DNA from: Clostridia bacterium | GTDB taxonomy: Bacteria > Bacillota > Clostridia > TANB77 > CAG-508 | Length of the DNA: 64,000 nt | Direction: 5' to 3' | Assembly (NCBI GenBank): GCA_022797215.1 | Contig: JAAWKD010000003.1 | Span: 6,986 to 70,985, forward strand | Shown: positions 9,752-18,804 of the stretch, one piece after another | Layout: each line of letters begins with the position of its first letter | Position numbering within the stretch: position 1 is the stretch's first letter | Notes under the pieces: model-generated | Databases searched by the model: none | The model's input: the letters and a program-made list of their open reading frames with translations, nothing else | Told to the model about the DNA's origin: nothing | Position numbers and translations under genes: made by a program

Positions 9752-11419
9752 TTATGCAGCTTGCTCTATAAACAAACTACTCTTTTCTTTGATTTCTCTT
9801 TCTACTGATTTTTTCTTTCGGCTTAGTACATCTGAATAATCATATAAAATTTCTAAAGAATTGTATTTTATTACCAAAGAAACTACCATTTGAGTATTCG
9901 CTAATTCTATAAAGTCAGTACAACTTTCTGCATCATCAAAAAATATTGGTGCTTTTATTCCTGATAAGTTATTAAACACATTTGATATTTCTAGGCTAGC
10001 TCTCGCTTGCTGTGATTTAGATAGCTTTTTATAATCTCTTCCTTCATATTGAATATTACAACACTCTATAATCTCTCCTGTACTTTTATTAACTTTGCTA
10101 AATTGAATACTAACTTTATCTAAGTATTGCTTTATAATTTCACTTTGTTTTTCTATAATCAGTATTTTCAATTTATTGGCTATCTTTTTTTGCTTACTAA
10201 CTTTTTCTAGTTCTTTCGTTATTTCTTCTTGTGCTTGCTTTAACAACTCTATGCTATTCTTTGCTTCCTTTACTTGCTCTCTTTTTATCTGTACTTCTTG
10301 GTTTTTTAATACAATATCTTTTTGTTCTTCTTGTAGTAAGTCAATTCTAGTTTTTATTTCTTGTTTTTCTTTTTCTAGCTGTTGCATATCCTTTGTATTT
10401 AGTTTTTCTAATAGTCTCTGCTTGCTCTCTTTTTCTCTTGCTAACATAGTAGCTTCTTCTTTTAATTCATCAGCTTTTTCTTGTAATCTAGCAAGTTCTT
10501 TCTGCTGAAACTTTTTCATTCGTTGTAGTGCTTCACTATCTTTAATTTCTTGCTTACAATATTGGCATTTGGGCTTTTCTGCATTTAATCCTTCTAACTT
10601 TTTATTTTCTCTATTATAAAGTTCTTTAATTTCCACTAATTCTTTTTTTAGTATATCATCTAGTTTTTCTTGTATCTTTGCAATCTTACTTTTCATTTCA
10701 TCTATGCTAAATGATACAAAATTAGCCGAAAGGACTTTATCTTTTTCTTGCAACTCTGCCAGTTCTTTTTCTTTATCAAATGTTAAAAACTCTCCTTCTT
10801 GTTGTAAGGCTAAACTTTGATATGCTTGCAATTGTCCTAAGTTTTGATTATATTCTTTTTGTAACTCGTTAATCTCTGTATTTTTATTATCTATATAACT
10901 TCCTAAGTATTCTATTGGCTGCCCTATTATTTCTTGCTCTTCTTGATTTAATAAATCATATGCTGTTTTTGAATCTATGGCTGGAACAATTTTTCTTAAT
11001 AGTTCTTTTTGCTCTTTGGGTTCTAATGAGGAAAAATAATATGGATTATGAGCTACTAAAAAAATATCTGCATCCTTATAAAATTGTGCCAACATTCCCT
11101 GTTCAATAGGTTTATCGTCTAAAGTTAGTTGTATTTCTTTTCCTTTATTTCTTACCAGTCTATGTTCAATTCCATAATTATCCACAAAAATCATATCTAC
11201 AATAACATTTGAAACTTTTTTACTGTCATTCGCAACTTGCTCTTTCTCTTTTCCTAGCAAGCTATTTCCAGTTAAGCACCAACTAAATAAACTCCCTATT
11301 GTACTTTTCCCCTGAAAGTTTTCTCCAACTATGTAGGTAGTGTTTTCATCAAATTCTGCACAAAATCCATCTAGTAAACCTTTATAGCCTACTACATTAT
11401 TAATTTGTTTTATATACAT
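9752..11419 (-). CDS. AAA/SMC-like ATPase (SbcC/Rad50-like, coiled coil with CxxC hook)
   Basis: Walker A is GENFQGKST. A long KE-rich coiled coil carries a central CQYCKQE, and the C-terminus has FFDDAES. I place the start at MYIKQ after RBS AAAGGA. Confidence 0.7.
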   Translation of the reverse strand: MYIKQINNVVGYKGLLDGFCAEFDENTTYIVGENFQGKSTIGSLFSWCLTGNSLLGKEKEQVANDSKKVSNVIVDMIFVDNYGIEHRLVRNKGKEIQLTLDDKPIEQGMLAQFYKDADIFLVAHNPYYFSSLEPKEQKELLRKIVPAIDSKTAYDLLNQEEQEIIGQPIEYLGSYIDNKNTEINELQKEYNQNLGQLQAYQSLALQQEGEFLTFDKEKELAELQEKDKVLSANFVSFSIDEMKSKIAKIQEKLDDILKKELVEIKELYNRENKKLEGLNAEKPKCQYCKQEIKDSEALQRMKKFQQKELARLQEKADELKEEATMLAREKESKQRLLEKLNTKDMQQLEKEKQEIKTRIDLLQEEQKDIVLKNQEVQIKREQVKEAKNSIELLKQAQEEITKELEKVSKQKKIANKLKILIIEKQSEIIKQYLDKVSIQFSKVNKSTGEIIECCNIQYEGRDYKKLSKSQQARASLEISNVFNNLSGIKAPIFFDDAESCTDFIELANTQMVVSLVIKYNSLEILYDYSDVLSRKKKSVEREIKEKSSLFIEQAA

Positions 11420-11435
11420 TTTTTCTTTATCCTTT

Positions 11436-11972
11436 CTATGCTGATTGTTCCAAATCAAATATATCATCAAAATCATCTATACTTGGGGCTCCTAGTATTT
11501 TTTCTATATTTTCTTCACTTAAAGTTTCATTACTTATGTTTTCTTCTGCTCCTATACTTTCTTCAGCATCTCCAACTAATTTGCTCTTTTCAGCATCATC
11601 TACCGTTGGAATTGCAAAAGTTTGTGTAATTGCATATTTGTAAGCTCCTGATAGTGCTTTATAAACAGCCCAACCATCTCTATCACAACCTTCGCCTGGT
11701 ATATTTACGTCAATATATTCATTTGCACCTTTATTGTTAGGTTCTGCATCATAAAACCTATATATCATACTAATCACTATATCATTTGCTTTTTGAACTA
11801 CTTGCTCTACTTTAATTGGAATTATAATAATTTTTTCTTCTATCATAGCTTCTCTTGCTTTTATAATAACAGCTGCTATGGATGCATAGTCAAATCCTTT
11901 TTCTTGGTTTGTTTTATCTTTTATGATTGGTCCTATTTTAGTCATTACATTTAATATTTTTTGTTCTATCAT
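11436..11972 (-). CDS. ERF-family single-strand annealing protein
   Basis: KDKTNQEKGFDYASIAAVIIKAREAM and LSGAYKYAITQTFAIPT resemble ERF signature regions. Confidence 0.6.
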   Translation of the reverse strand: MIEQKILNVMTKIGPIIKDKTNQEKGFDYASIAAVIIKAREAMIEEKIIIIPIKVEQVVQKANDIVISMIYRFYDAEPNNKGANEYIDVNIPGEGCDRDGWAVYKALSGAYKYAITQTFAIPTVDDAEKSKLVGDAEESIGAEENISNETLSEENIEKILGAPSIDDFDDIFDLEQSA

Positions 11973-11984
11973 TTTTTATCCTTT

Positions 11985-12620
11985 CTACCACTCAAAAAGT
12001 GGTCTATTTTTTAACTTTTTCATTTTAATATTTCTTTCTACAAAAAAAATATCTACTGCTTTATCGTTCTCAATAAATTCGTAGACTTTTATATCTGTTA
12101 GGTTATCTTCATTTAAAATGATATATTGAAATGGAATATCTTGCTTTCTAAATGATTTTACAGTCTCTTCTATTATTTGAATACTTTTATTACTCACTGG
12201 CCAAAAAACTGATTTCCACCCAACAGCAATATATTCTTTCTTTCCCTTCTTAAATTCTTTGTATATGCTTATTTTTCCTAACTTGTTATTACTAATTGGC
12301 TCATTTTCTTTCAAGTTTTTTTCTATCAATTCATATCCTTGCCTAGTAGTACATAATCTAACTTGATATTTTTTCACATTGTTTTTCTTGTCTTCAAATA
12401 CTCTTTGTATATCATTTTCTTTGAACCAATCTTTTTTGTCAAAAATTAGATCTATATAGTATTCATCATAGTAATAATCTTTTTCAATGATAAAACCTAA
12501 CTTTCCTTTTACTTTTCCGCAAATTTTTCCTATACCATTTACTTTCACTAACTCATCATAATTATATTTATTTCTCATTAGTTGCCTACTTACTTTATAA
12601 GTTCTTCTTTTAATGCACAA
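11985..12620 (-). CDS. hypothetical protein
   Basis: 211 aa ORF. The track start is TTG; the internal ATG at 12578 is an equally possible start. Confidence 0.5.
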   Translation of the reverse strand: MCIKRRTYKVSRQLMRNKYNYDELVKVNGIGKICGKVKGKLGFIIEKDYYYDEYYIDLIFDKKDWFKENDIQRVFEDKKNNVKKYQVRLCTTRQGYELIEKNLKENEPISNNKLGKISIYKEFKKGKKEYIAVGWKSVFWPVSNKSIQIIEETVKSFRKQDIPFQYIILNEDNLTDIKVYEFIENDKAVDIFFVERNIKMKKLKNRPLFEW

Positions 12621-12811
12621 TGAAAATTTTTTATAATTTCTCTTGTCTTTCCCTTGTTTTTATCAAAAAATTTGTATATACTTTTACTAATAAAAGCTAT
12701 AATATCTATAGTGATAAGTAATAAAATGATTAAGGATTTTTTTATTATTTTCAACATTTTAAATTTTCCTTTCTTTTTATTATTTCAATATTAAAAGCAG
12801 TGTAAGTTAAA

Positions 12812-13909
12812 TTATACTGCTTCTTTTAATTCATTATTAAAATCTATTAAAGTTCCATCTTCTTGTAGTATTTGCTTTATTTCATACTTACATATGATAT
12901 TTTTTCCAACTTGGATTTCTGACTTAAGTAGTTTTATCATAGTTCCTATTCCGCATTTTAAAATGTCCTGTGATGCTTTTGGATGTAGTATATATTCATT
13001 ATCTTGACTATTAATATCTTGTAGAATAATCTTTTTGAAATTCTTATTTTGTATTAAAATATCAGAAATTTCCACCACATAAAAAATATCCGAAAAATCT
13101 TCTTTTACTTGTTGTTCTTTATCTGTTTCTTTTGGTATTTCATTTGTTACTTGTTCTTTTTCCTTTTTAGGTTGTTCTACTTCCTTATTTTGCTTTTTGA
13201 TATTTTCTTTTTGTTTTGTTTCCGTTTCTGTTTCCTTTTTTCCTTCAGCAATTTGCTTAGTTGTTTCTACTGGAATATCACCTGAATTTAATGATGGTGT
13301 TACATTAGTTAATTGTGGCTTAATATCTGTCCTTCTCAAGTCTAAACTATAATATGTTCCATAAGCAATACTTTCTTGTGCATCTAATTTTAATTCAAAT
13401 GGAACATCTACTATGCTCATCCCTGCTTTTTTATACTTTACTATTTCTGATGCAATATTAGATAAAGATAAACCTCCAGTAGTTTTTATTAACCATACAC
13501 CACCTGCTTCAATTCCTTCTAACACAAATTTTAAACTTCCAACCAATTTACATTTTCCTGTTAGACGATGTTCACACTCTTTGCTACATTCAACTTCTAT
13601 TTGTTCATTATTTCCTTTTGCATTTTTCCCAATCGTAATGGCTTTTGTTCCATTTCCAATGCAAGCAATTTTATTATTAACATACCTTTTATACTTAAAA
13701 CTAAATGGATCTTCATCAACAAATCTTATTTTCAATATTTTAGGCTGTCCTGGATATAACTGCTTAAATATATCTACCATATCACTTGATGTTACTTTAT
13801 CTTCTTCTACATTAAAAAAAGGTAACTTTTTTGGAAGTCCCTTCTCGCTTTTAGTCCCTGTCTTTATATGAGCTATTACTTTATCTCTCACTAGGTTTTC
13901 TATTTGCAT
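12812..13909 (-). CDS. hypothetical protein with Cys cluster and KE-rich linker
   Basis: I place the start at MQIEN after RBS AAAGGAAAAAG. Contains ECSKECEHRLTGKCKL. No family recognised. Confidence 0.55.
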   Translation of the reverse strand: MQIENLVRDKVIAHIKTGTKSEKGLPKKLPFFNVEEDKVTSSDMVDIFKQLYPGQPKILKIRFVDEDPFSFKYKRYVNNKIACIGNGTKAITIGKNAKGNNEQIEVECSKECEHRLTGKCKLVGSLKFVLEGIEAGGVWLIKTTGGLSLSNIASEIVKYKKAGMSIVDVPFELKLDAQESIAYGTYYSLDLRRTDIKPQLTNVTPSLNSGDIPVETTKQIAEGKKETETETKQKENIKKQNKEVEQPKKEKEQVTNEIPKETDKEQQVKEDFSDIFYVVEISDILIQNKNFKKIILQDINSQDNEYILHPKASQDILKCGIGTMIKLLKSEIQVGKNIICKYEIKQILQEDGTLIDFNNELKEAV

Positions 13910-13925
13910 ATTTTCTTTTTCCTTT

Positions 13926-14159
13926 CTACGCAGCTCTTGCTTCATCTTCTATATCAGCTTCAAAATCTCTTAACTGCTTCATTATTTTTTCTTTTAATTC
14001 ATTATAGTCTTTCTCATTAATATATGAATACTCTGTTTCAAATTCATTTTTTTCTGGTTCAAGATTATTTATTTTAACATCATTGTTACATAGTAATTGT
14101 TCGAACTCATATATAATGTCCTTTGCTATTTGTTCTCTCCATGATTCACTAACTAGCAT
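13926..14159 (-). CDS. hypothetical small acidic protein
   Basis: 77 aa; the ATG overlaps the stop of the upstream gene. Confidence 0.5.
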   Translation of the reverse strand: MLVSESWREQIAKDIIYEFEQLLCNNDVKINNLEPEKNEFETEYSYINEKDYNELKEKIMKQLRDFEADIEDEARAA

Positions 14160-14529
14160 ATTCTAGTTCCTCCTCTTTATCATAAGAATATTCTTTTAAG
14201 ATTTCTAAATTAATTTCTGCAACTGGTAATAATACCATTTTGCCTTCCTTTTCCACTGCTACTCTCTTTGTAATAGCTTTTACAATTCCTAAATCTAACA
14301 AAAAACTGATTATATTAGTATTGTTATAATTATCAATAATAATCTGGTTCTCTGCTAATTTCTCCGATACATTAACTGTTAAATTTGAAATATGAGATAT
14401 GTTCTCATCATCTTCTACATAACCATATATGTCTAAGCTCATTTTTTTATTTCGGTATTTTCCAATATCAAAATAACAGTCTCTGTATCTTACACAATTC
14501 GATTCATAGTTAAATGTTTTTATAAACAT
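14149..14529 (-). CDS. hypothetical protein (first gene of the 14-kb co-oriented block)
   Basis: 126 aa with RBS AAGGAGGA. Confidence 0.55.
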   Translation of the reverse strand: MFIKTFNYESNCVRYRDCYFDIGKYRNKKMSLDIYGYVEDDENISHISNLTVNVSEKLAENQIIIDNYNNTNIISFLLDLGIVKAITKRVAVEKEGKMVLLPVAEINLEILKEYSYDKEEELEYAS

Positions 14530-14600
14530 TCCTCCTTCTTATATCATTCAATTATTTTGTATTCAAAAACAATTAAACTATCCTCCTTTCTTATTTTTAG

Positions 14601-14642
14601 ACAAAAAAATAACAAGTTAGATTTTTATTCTTACTTGTTATT
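14601..14642 (-). terminator. Intrinsic-terminator-like hairpin in the leader of the 14-kb block
   Basis: Perfect 10-bp stem AATAACAAGT/ACTTGTTATT (14608-14617 and 14633-14642), followed on the minus strand by TTTTTTT. Confidence 0.55.
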
Positions 14643-14873
14643 TCTCTATCTTTATTTAATTTTACGCACAATTCCCCCTATAGCTGTTTTTTACTATAAG
14701 TGGCATATTTAAAGTGCTACTTACTTTACCTTTGCTAAACACAAAGTCAATGCTAACGTTTTAGTCAGCTTACCCTAATTCCTTAGGTATAACTATAAAA
14801 TCTAGTTTTATAGTTACTATTTTTGAATACATACTTATTTTACAACATTATTTTATAAAATGGAATATATACG

Positions 14874-14903
14874 ACTATAATTTTTTTATTCTTAGAGTAG
14901 CAA
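14874..14903 (-). promoter_or_regulatory. Putative sigmaA-type promoter
   Basis: Minus strand reads TTGCTA - 18 nt - TATAGT, downstream of the 14943 stop. Confidence 0.3.
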
Positions 14904-14942
14904 CATTTTTGCGATTTTTTAATAGGCAACTTCGAAAATTTA

Positions 14943-15179
14943 TTATTTTTCTTCAAGCAATTTATACTTTTCTAGCCATTGTTTTGATCTATCTTTTTCA
15001 TGTACTCTTAAACATCGTATCAATTCTCCAAGTATCTGTGATTTTTCTTTATCAACATCTTTTTTCAATATTTGAATAAATTCAATAGCATTTAAAGTAT
15101 CACTCTCCATTAGCATTTCTATTGCTTTTATTCTTTCTTCAGATGTAAAGTCTTTAATGGTTATAATTTTCTCTATCAT
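14943..15179 (-). CDS. hypothetical small protein
   Basis: I place the start at MIEKIITIKD after RBS AAAGGAAAT. 78 aa. Confidence 0.5.
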   Translation of the reverse strand: MIEKIITIKDFTSEERIKAIEMLMESDTLNAIEFIQILKKDVDKEKSQILGELIRCLRVHEKDRSKQWLEKYKLLEEK

Positions 15180-15313
15180 ATAACTATTTCCTTTCTTCAT
15201 TTATAAAAAATCTTTATTTATACTTACTCCTAGTTATTAATAGACTAATCAATTAGCCTATTATATTTAAAAAAATTAGTAAAATAAACTATATTTAGCA
15301 AAGGAGTACTATT

Positions 15314-15568
15314 ATGAATTTAGAAGATGCAATAAAAAATAGGATTAATTATTTTTGTAATCAAAAAGGTTATACTCTTTGGGAATTATATAAATCTTCT
15401 GGTGTACCCAAATCTACTATCAATTCTTTACTAGGTACTGAAAAAACTAGCTTACCTAAACTTCCTACTTTATTACATATTTGTGAGGGACTAGGAACTA
15501 ATTTAAAAGACTTTTTTAATGATGATTCTTTTATTGACATCATGGATGATACTGAAGATAAAGATTAA
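15314..15568 (+). CDS. XRE-family HTH regulator
   Basis: GYTLWELYKSSGVPKSTINSLL is the HTH region. The LHICEGLGTNLKDFFND tail is shared with 16901..17137. Confidence 0.8.
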   Translation: MNLEDAIKNRINYFCNQKGYTLWELYKSSGVPKSTINSLLGTEKTSLPKLPTLLHICEGLGTNLKDFFNDDSFIDIMDDTEDKD

Positions 15569-15586
15569 TTAAAATCTTTATTTTTA

Positions 15587-16070
15587 TTAATAGTCTTCAT
15601 TAATTTTTTCTTGTATAAATTGTTTTATACCGTTTTTCATCTCCTATCGAAAAACAATTTTTATCAAGAAAAACTCCACACCTAGTATGAAAAATAATAT
15701 AATAATTTATCTCATCTTCTTCTACTTTTTTTATTTGATCATATCCTATTTTTAGACTTGATTCCTCTGTTTTTGCAATGAAATAGGATGTATAAAATTC
15801 GTATGTAATTTCTTGAACTTTTACTTTTTGAAATATTAAAGATATAGTGTCCTTTATTCCCCATATAGCAAGTGCTATGTATATTATCGGTGTAATCTCT
15901 CGTTCTCTCAATAACATTAACATTGAAATAAAAATAATAAATATGCAACAACTAATTTTTATTACATAACTTACATATCTCATATATGGCTTAGCATATT
16001 TTTCTACTCTTCTTAAACTTTCTTCTGATGTAGTTGTTCGATTCTTAAATAAAATATCCGATTTTTTCAC
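15587..16070 (-). CDS. YcxB-like membrane protein; needs a +1 shift at in-frame CGG 15630
   Basis: The zero frame ends ..GDEKRYKTIYTRKN. The +1 frame gives ..GDEKGIKQFIQEKINEDY, which resembles the tail of paralog 18805..19263 (..PKGLLEFINNKYKQ). 484-1=483 nt. Confidence 0.6.
15630..15632 (-). other. In-frame CGG at a +1 frame break
   Basis: Coding strand reads GAA AAA C GGT ATA. Confidence 0.7.
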
Positions 16071-16157
16071 CTCCTCGTTCTAGCTGGTATGCAGCACATA
16101 GGATAAAAAAATATAGTATCATAGTAAGAAATAAACTTTCTGTGAGGTACAACTACT

Positions 16158-16415
16158 ATGAAAACTAAAAACCTAAATGGCTATTACAATATAATTGGTT
16201 CTAATATAAAAAAGTATAGACTTTTGCGTGGCTTATCTCAACGCCAACTTGCTAGTAAATTAACCTTAATGGGTGTCAATACATATGATTCAGATATTAC
16301 TCGTATGGAATCCCATTCTGTATTTGTTCGTGATTATGAGCAAGTTGCTATTTGCAAAGTCTTAAATATAACACTTGAACAATTATTTGATGATACTGAA
16401 AAATACTTTGATTAG
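16158..16415 (+). CDS. XRE-family HTH regulator
   Basis: HTH region is IKKYRLLRGLSQRQLASKL. Confidence 0.8.
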   Translation: MKTKNLNGYYNIIGSNIKKYRLLRGLSQRQLASKLTLMGVNTYDSDITRMESHSVFVRDYEQVAICKVLNITLEQLFDDTEKYFD

Positions 16416-16438
16416 ACTAGTAGTTTAAAAATAGACTA

Positions 16439-16699
16439 TTAGTTTTTACTTCCTATGTTTATATTAGATAACCCTTCTAAACACTTTCTACAAATCAACT
16501 TGTCTTTGTATTCACTAAGTTCTTTAGACTTCCCACAAAAGACACAATTTGGTTCGTGTTTCTTTAATATAATAAGAGAACCTTCCACAAATATTTCAAT
16601 TGGATCTTTTTCAGCTATCCCAAATTTATTTCGTAATTCTACTGGAATAACAATTCTTCCTAATTCATCAGCTTTTCTAATTATACCTGTACTTTTCAT
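16439..16699 (-). CDS. AbrB/SpoVT-domain regulator with C-terminal CxxC..CxxC zinc ribbon
   Basis: The swapped-hairpin domain is GIIRKADELGRIVIPVELRNKFGI, followed by CVFCGK...CRKC. Confidence 0.8.
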   Translation of the reverse strand: MKSTGIIRKADELGRIVIPVELRNKFGIAEKDPIEIFVEGSLIILKKHEPNCVFCGKSKELSEYKDKLICRKCLEGLSNINIGSKN

Positions 16700-16741
16700 T
16701 TATACCCCCATAATTTGTTTTATTAGTTTTATTTTAAATAT

Positions 16742-16761
16742 TTTCTTCACAAGTAGCAAGT
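16742..16761. repeat. 20-bp direct repeat copy 1 (candidate operator)
   Basis: TTTCTTCACAAGTAGCAAGT, identical to the copy at 16832-16851. Confidence 0.8.
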
Positions 16762-16831
16762 TCTTTTGCATTATACTAAACCTTTATTTTTTTTGCAAGT
16801 CATAACTTAACAAATGTGAAGTTTTTCTCTA

Positions 16832-16851
16832 TTTCTTCACAAGTAGCAAGT
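16832..16851. repeat. 20-bp direct repeat copy 2 (candidate operator)
   Basis: TTTCTTCACAAGTAGCAAGT, in the divergent region between the AbrB-like and XRE genes. Confidence 0.8.
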
Positions 16852-16900
16852 ATATTTTTCTTTTTTATTGCTATACTTTTATTGGAAAGGACTGGTAAAT

Positions 16901-17137
16901 ATGCTTTTATCAGATGCAATTAGAAAGAGAATTACAAAATTGCTGAAAGAAAATAATATGAACCTATGGCAACTTTATAAACAAACTGGAGTATCTGCTT
17001 CTACTTTATCTTATTTTATGAATAAGAAAAGAGAGTTAATCACTTTGAAAACATTACTCCATATCTGCGAAGGTTTTCATATTGAATTAAAAGAATTTTT
17101 TGATGATCCACTTTTTAAGGATGTAGAACAAGATTAA
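16901..17137 (+). CDS. XRE-family HTH regulator (paralog of 15314..15568)
   Basis: I place the start at MLLSDAIRKR after RBS GGAAAGGA. Contains NLWQLYKQTGVSASTLSYFM and LHICEGFHIELKEFFDD. Confidence 0.8.
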   Translation: MLLSDAIRKRITKLLKENNMNLWQLYKQTGVSASTLSYFMNKKRELITLKTLLHICEGFHIELKEFFDDPLFKDVEQD

Positions 17138-17176
17138 AACCAATAGGCTTTATAGTTAATAGTCTATTGGTTTTAT
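17138..17176 (+). terminator. Hairpin plus T-run after the XRE gene
   Basis: AACCAATAG...CTATTGGTT followed by TTTTATT. Confidence 0.45.
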
Positions 17177-17264
17177 TATATTTTATCATTTTCGTCAAGA
17201 CTAGCATTAAGAATATGAATATCATTACAATAGATTTTCTTCCAACTTTATACTTTTGAATCAA

Positions 17265-17798
17265 TTATAATTCTATAACTTCATCATCTATATAAAGCTT
17301 ATACTCTCTTGGATACTCTTCTATCACACCTACCCATTCAGCATGATATACTCCATCATACTCATAAAAAACACTTTGAAAATTAGTGTTAATGTTATCT
17401 GATACACTCTTTATAGATTCTTCCTTATCTAAAGTTCCACCTTCAATAATTAGTAAATTTTTTCCTCTTTCATGATAACCTATAACACTATACTCAAGTG
17501 TAATCTTTGATTTATTGGCAAATACATACTTTCTTCTAGAAGTTTTCCAACCTCTTTCATCTTTAACTAGGTATTTTTCTTCTGTTCCCCCATCTTTACT
17601 TTCATATATTATTAATGCAAAATCTTCTATTTCTATTTTATGAATTATATTTTTCACTTTTGCAGTATAATCAAATTTCAAAGCCTCTTCTGGTGTATCA
17701 AACCTAAATATCCATTGTTCAAAAGGAACAAAGAATACTACAATAGCTATAATAGAAATAATTGTTATTATAATACTAGTTTTTCTGTTTATTCTCAT
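17265..17798 (-). CDS. membrane-anchored hypothetical protein
   Basis: 177 aa with an N-terminal TM helix (SIIITIISIIAIVVFFV). Confidence 0.55.
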   Translation of the reverse strand: MRINRKTSIIITIISIIAIVVFFVPFEQWIFRFDTPEEALKFDYTAKVKNIIHKIEIEDFALIIYESKDGGTEEKYLVKDERGWKTSRRKYVFANKSKITLEYSVIGYHERGKNLLIIEGGTLDKEESIKSVSDNINTNFQSVFYEYDGVYHAEWVGVIEEYPREYKLYIDDEVIEL

Positions 17799-18006
17799 CT
17801 CTTTTTCCTCCTATATTTAGCTTTTTAATACTACCTTTTTCTTTTATTTACTATTTTCATGAGAGTTTTTATATTATAACTATTTTGTTCTAATTCCATA
17901 TGTATAGCAAAATAAATTAATAAAATTAATAGACAAATATATCCTAGAACAATCCTAAATTTCTTCATAATTTATTTCTCCTCAAATTGTTACTGATATT
18001 TTAATT

Positions 18007-18762
18007 CTATTTAGATATGCACAAATTATATTCATACTCATAATTAGCTGGGGCAACTATGTATCTATGTGAATTATATGGTAAATTTTCATAGTCTTTT
18101 TCATTTTTACTATTATAATTATAAGGACAATCTATTAGAGTCATATTTGAATTTTTATATACTGTCGCACAACCCTCACTATACCATTTAATTTTGGCTA
18201 TTCCATCTTCTTGTTCATATTTTAAAGTTCTAATTAGAGCTGCGATATTATATGGCAAAATATTATTATTGTTTTCGTCTAATATTTTTATGTTATGAGA
18301 AATCAACTCTGATTTTCCATATTCATCATCAAAATACTCTTTTGAAACTTCTTCATTAGTACTTATAACTTTGTAATTCATTTTTCTATGTTTTATAATT
18401 TTATTCTTAAAATCAACCATCAAATCTTCATCATCTTGATCTTCGCCCAATAAAGTTATATATGCAATATCTTCTGACCATTCAACATTGTAATTAGAAG
18501 AATTTAATGGTTTACCATCGTTTGCAATGTCAGTTTTATATTCGAAAACTTTCCACTTATCTTTAGCATATATAACAATATCATGACTGCCAAAGAGAAA
18601 TGCCCCATTATTTTTTATAAATACTTTATAATGATTATTCGGTGAACTGAATTTTTTACCATAACTCAATTCAAAAATATATGGTATAACTAGAATTGTT
18701 ATAATTATAGTAAAAAGACCTAAAAAATACTGATATCCTTTTTTCGTAAATAAAACCTCCAC
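18007..18762 (-). CDS. membrane-anchored hypothetical protein
   Basis: 251 aa with an N-terminal TM helix. Confidence 0.55.
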   Translation of the reverse strand: MEVLFTKKGYQYFLGLFTIIITILVIPYIFELSYGKKFSSPNNHYKVFIKNNGAFLFGSHDIVIYAKDKWKVFEYKTDIANDGKPLNSSNYNVEWSEDIAYITLLGEDQDDEDLMVDFKNKIIKHRKMNYKVISTNEEVSKEYFDDEYGKSELISHNIKILDENNNNILPYNIAALIRTLKYEQEDGIAKIKWYSEGCATVYKNSNMTLIDCPYNYNSKNEKDYENLPYNSHRYIVAPANYEYEYNLCISK

Positions 18763-18804
18763 TATACTTAACTTTACTTTTTTTGTATTATTAATTTTCT
18801 CTTA

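Noticed and set aside
15739-15951. 70-aa minus-strand ORF nested out of frame inside the YcxB-like gene.
   Set aside because: It lies entirely within a better-supported ORF, has no RBS, and its composition looks like an off-frame product.
16439-16699. The AbrB/SpoVT-domain gene as a MazE-type antitoxin of a TA pair.
   Set aside because: There is no MazF, PIN or other toxin-like partner adjacent. The divergent XRE gene and operator-like repeats fit a transcription-factor role better.
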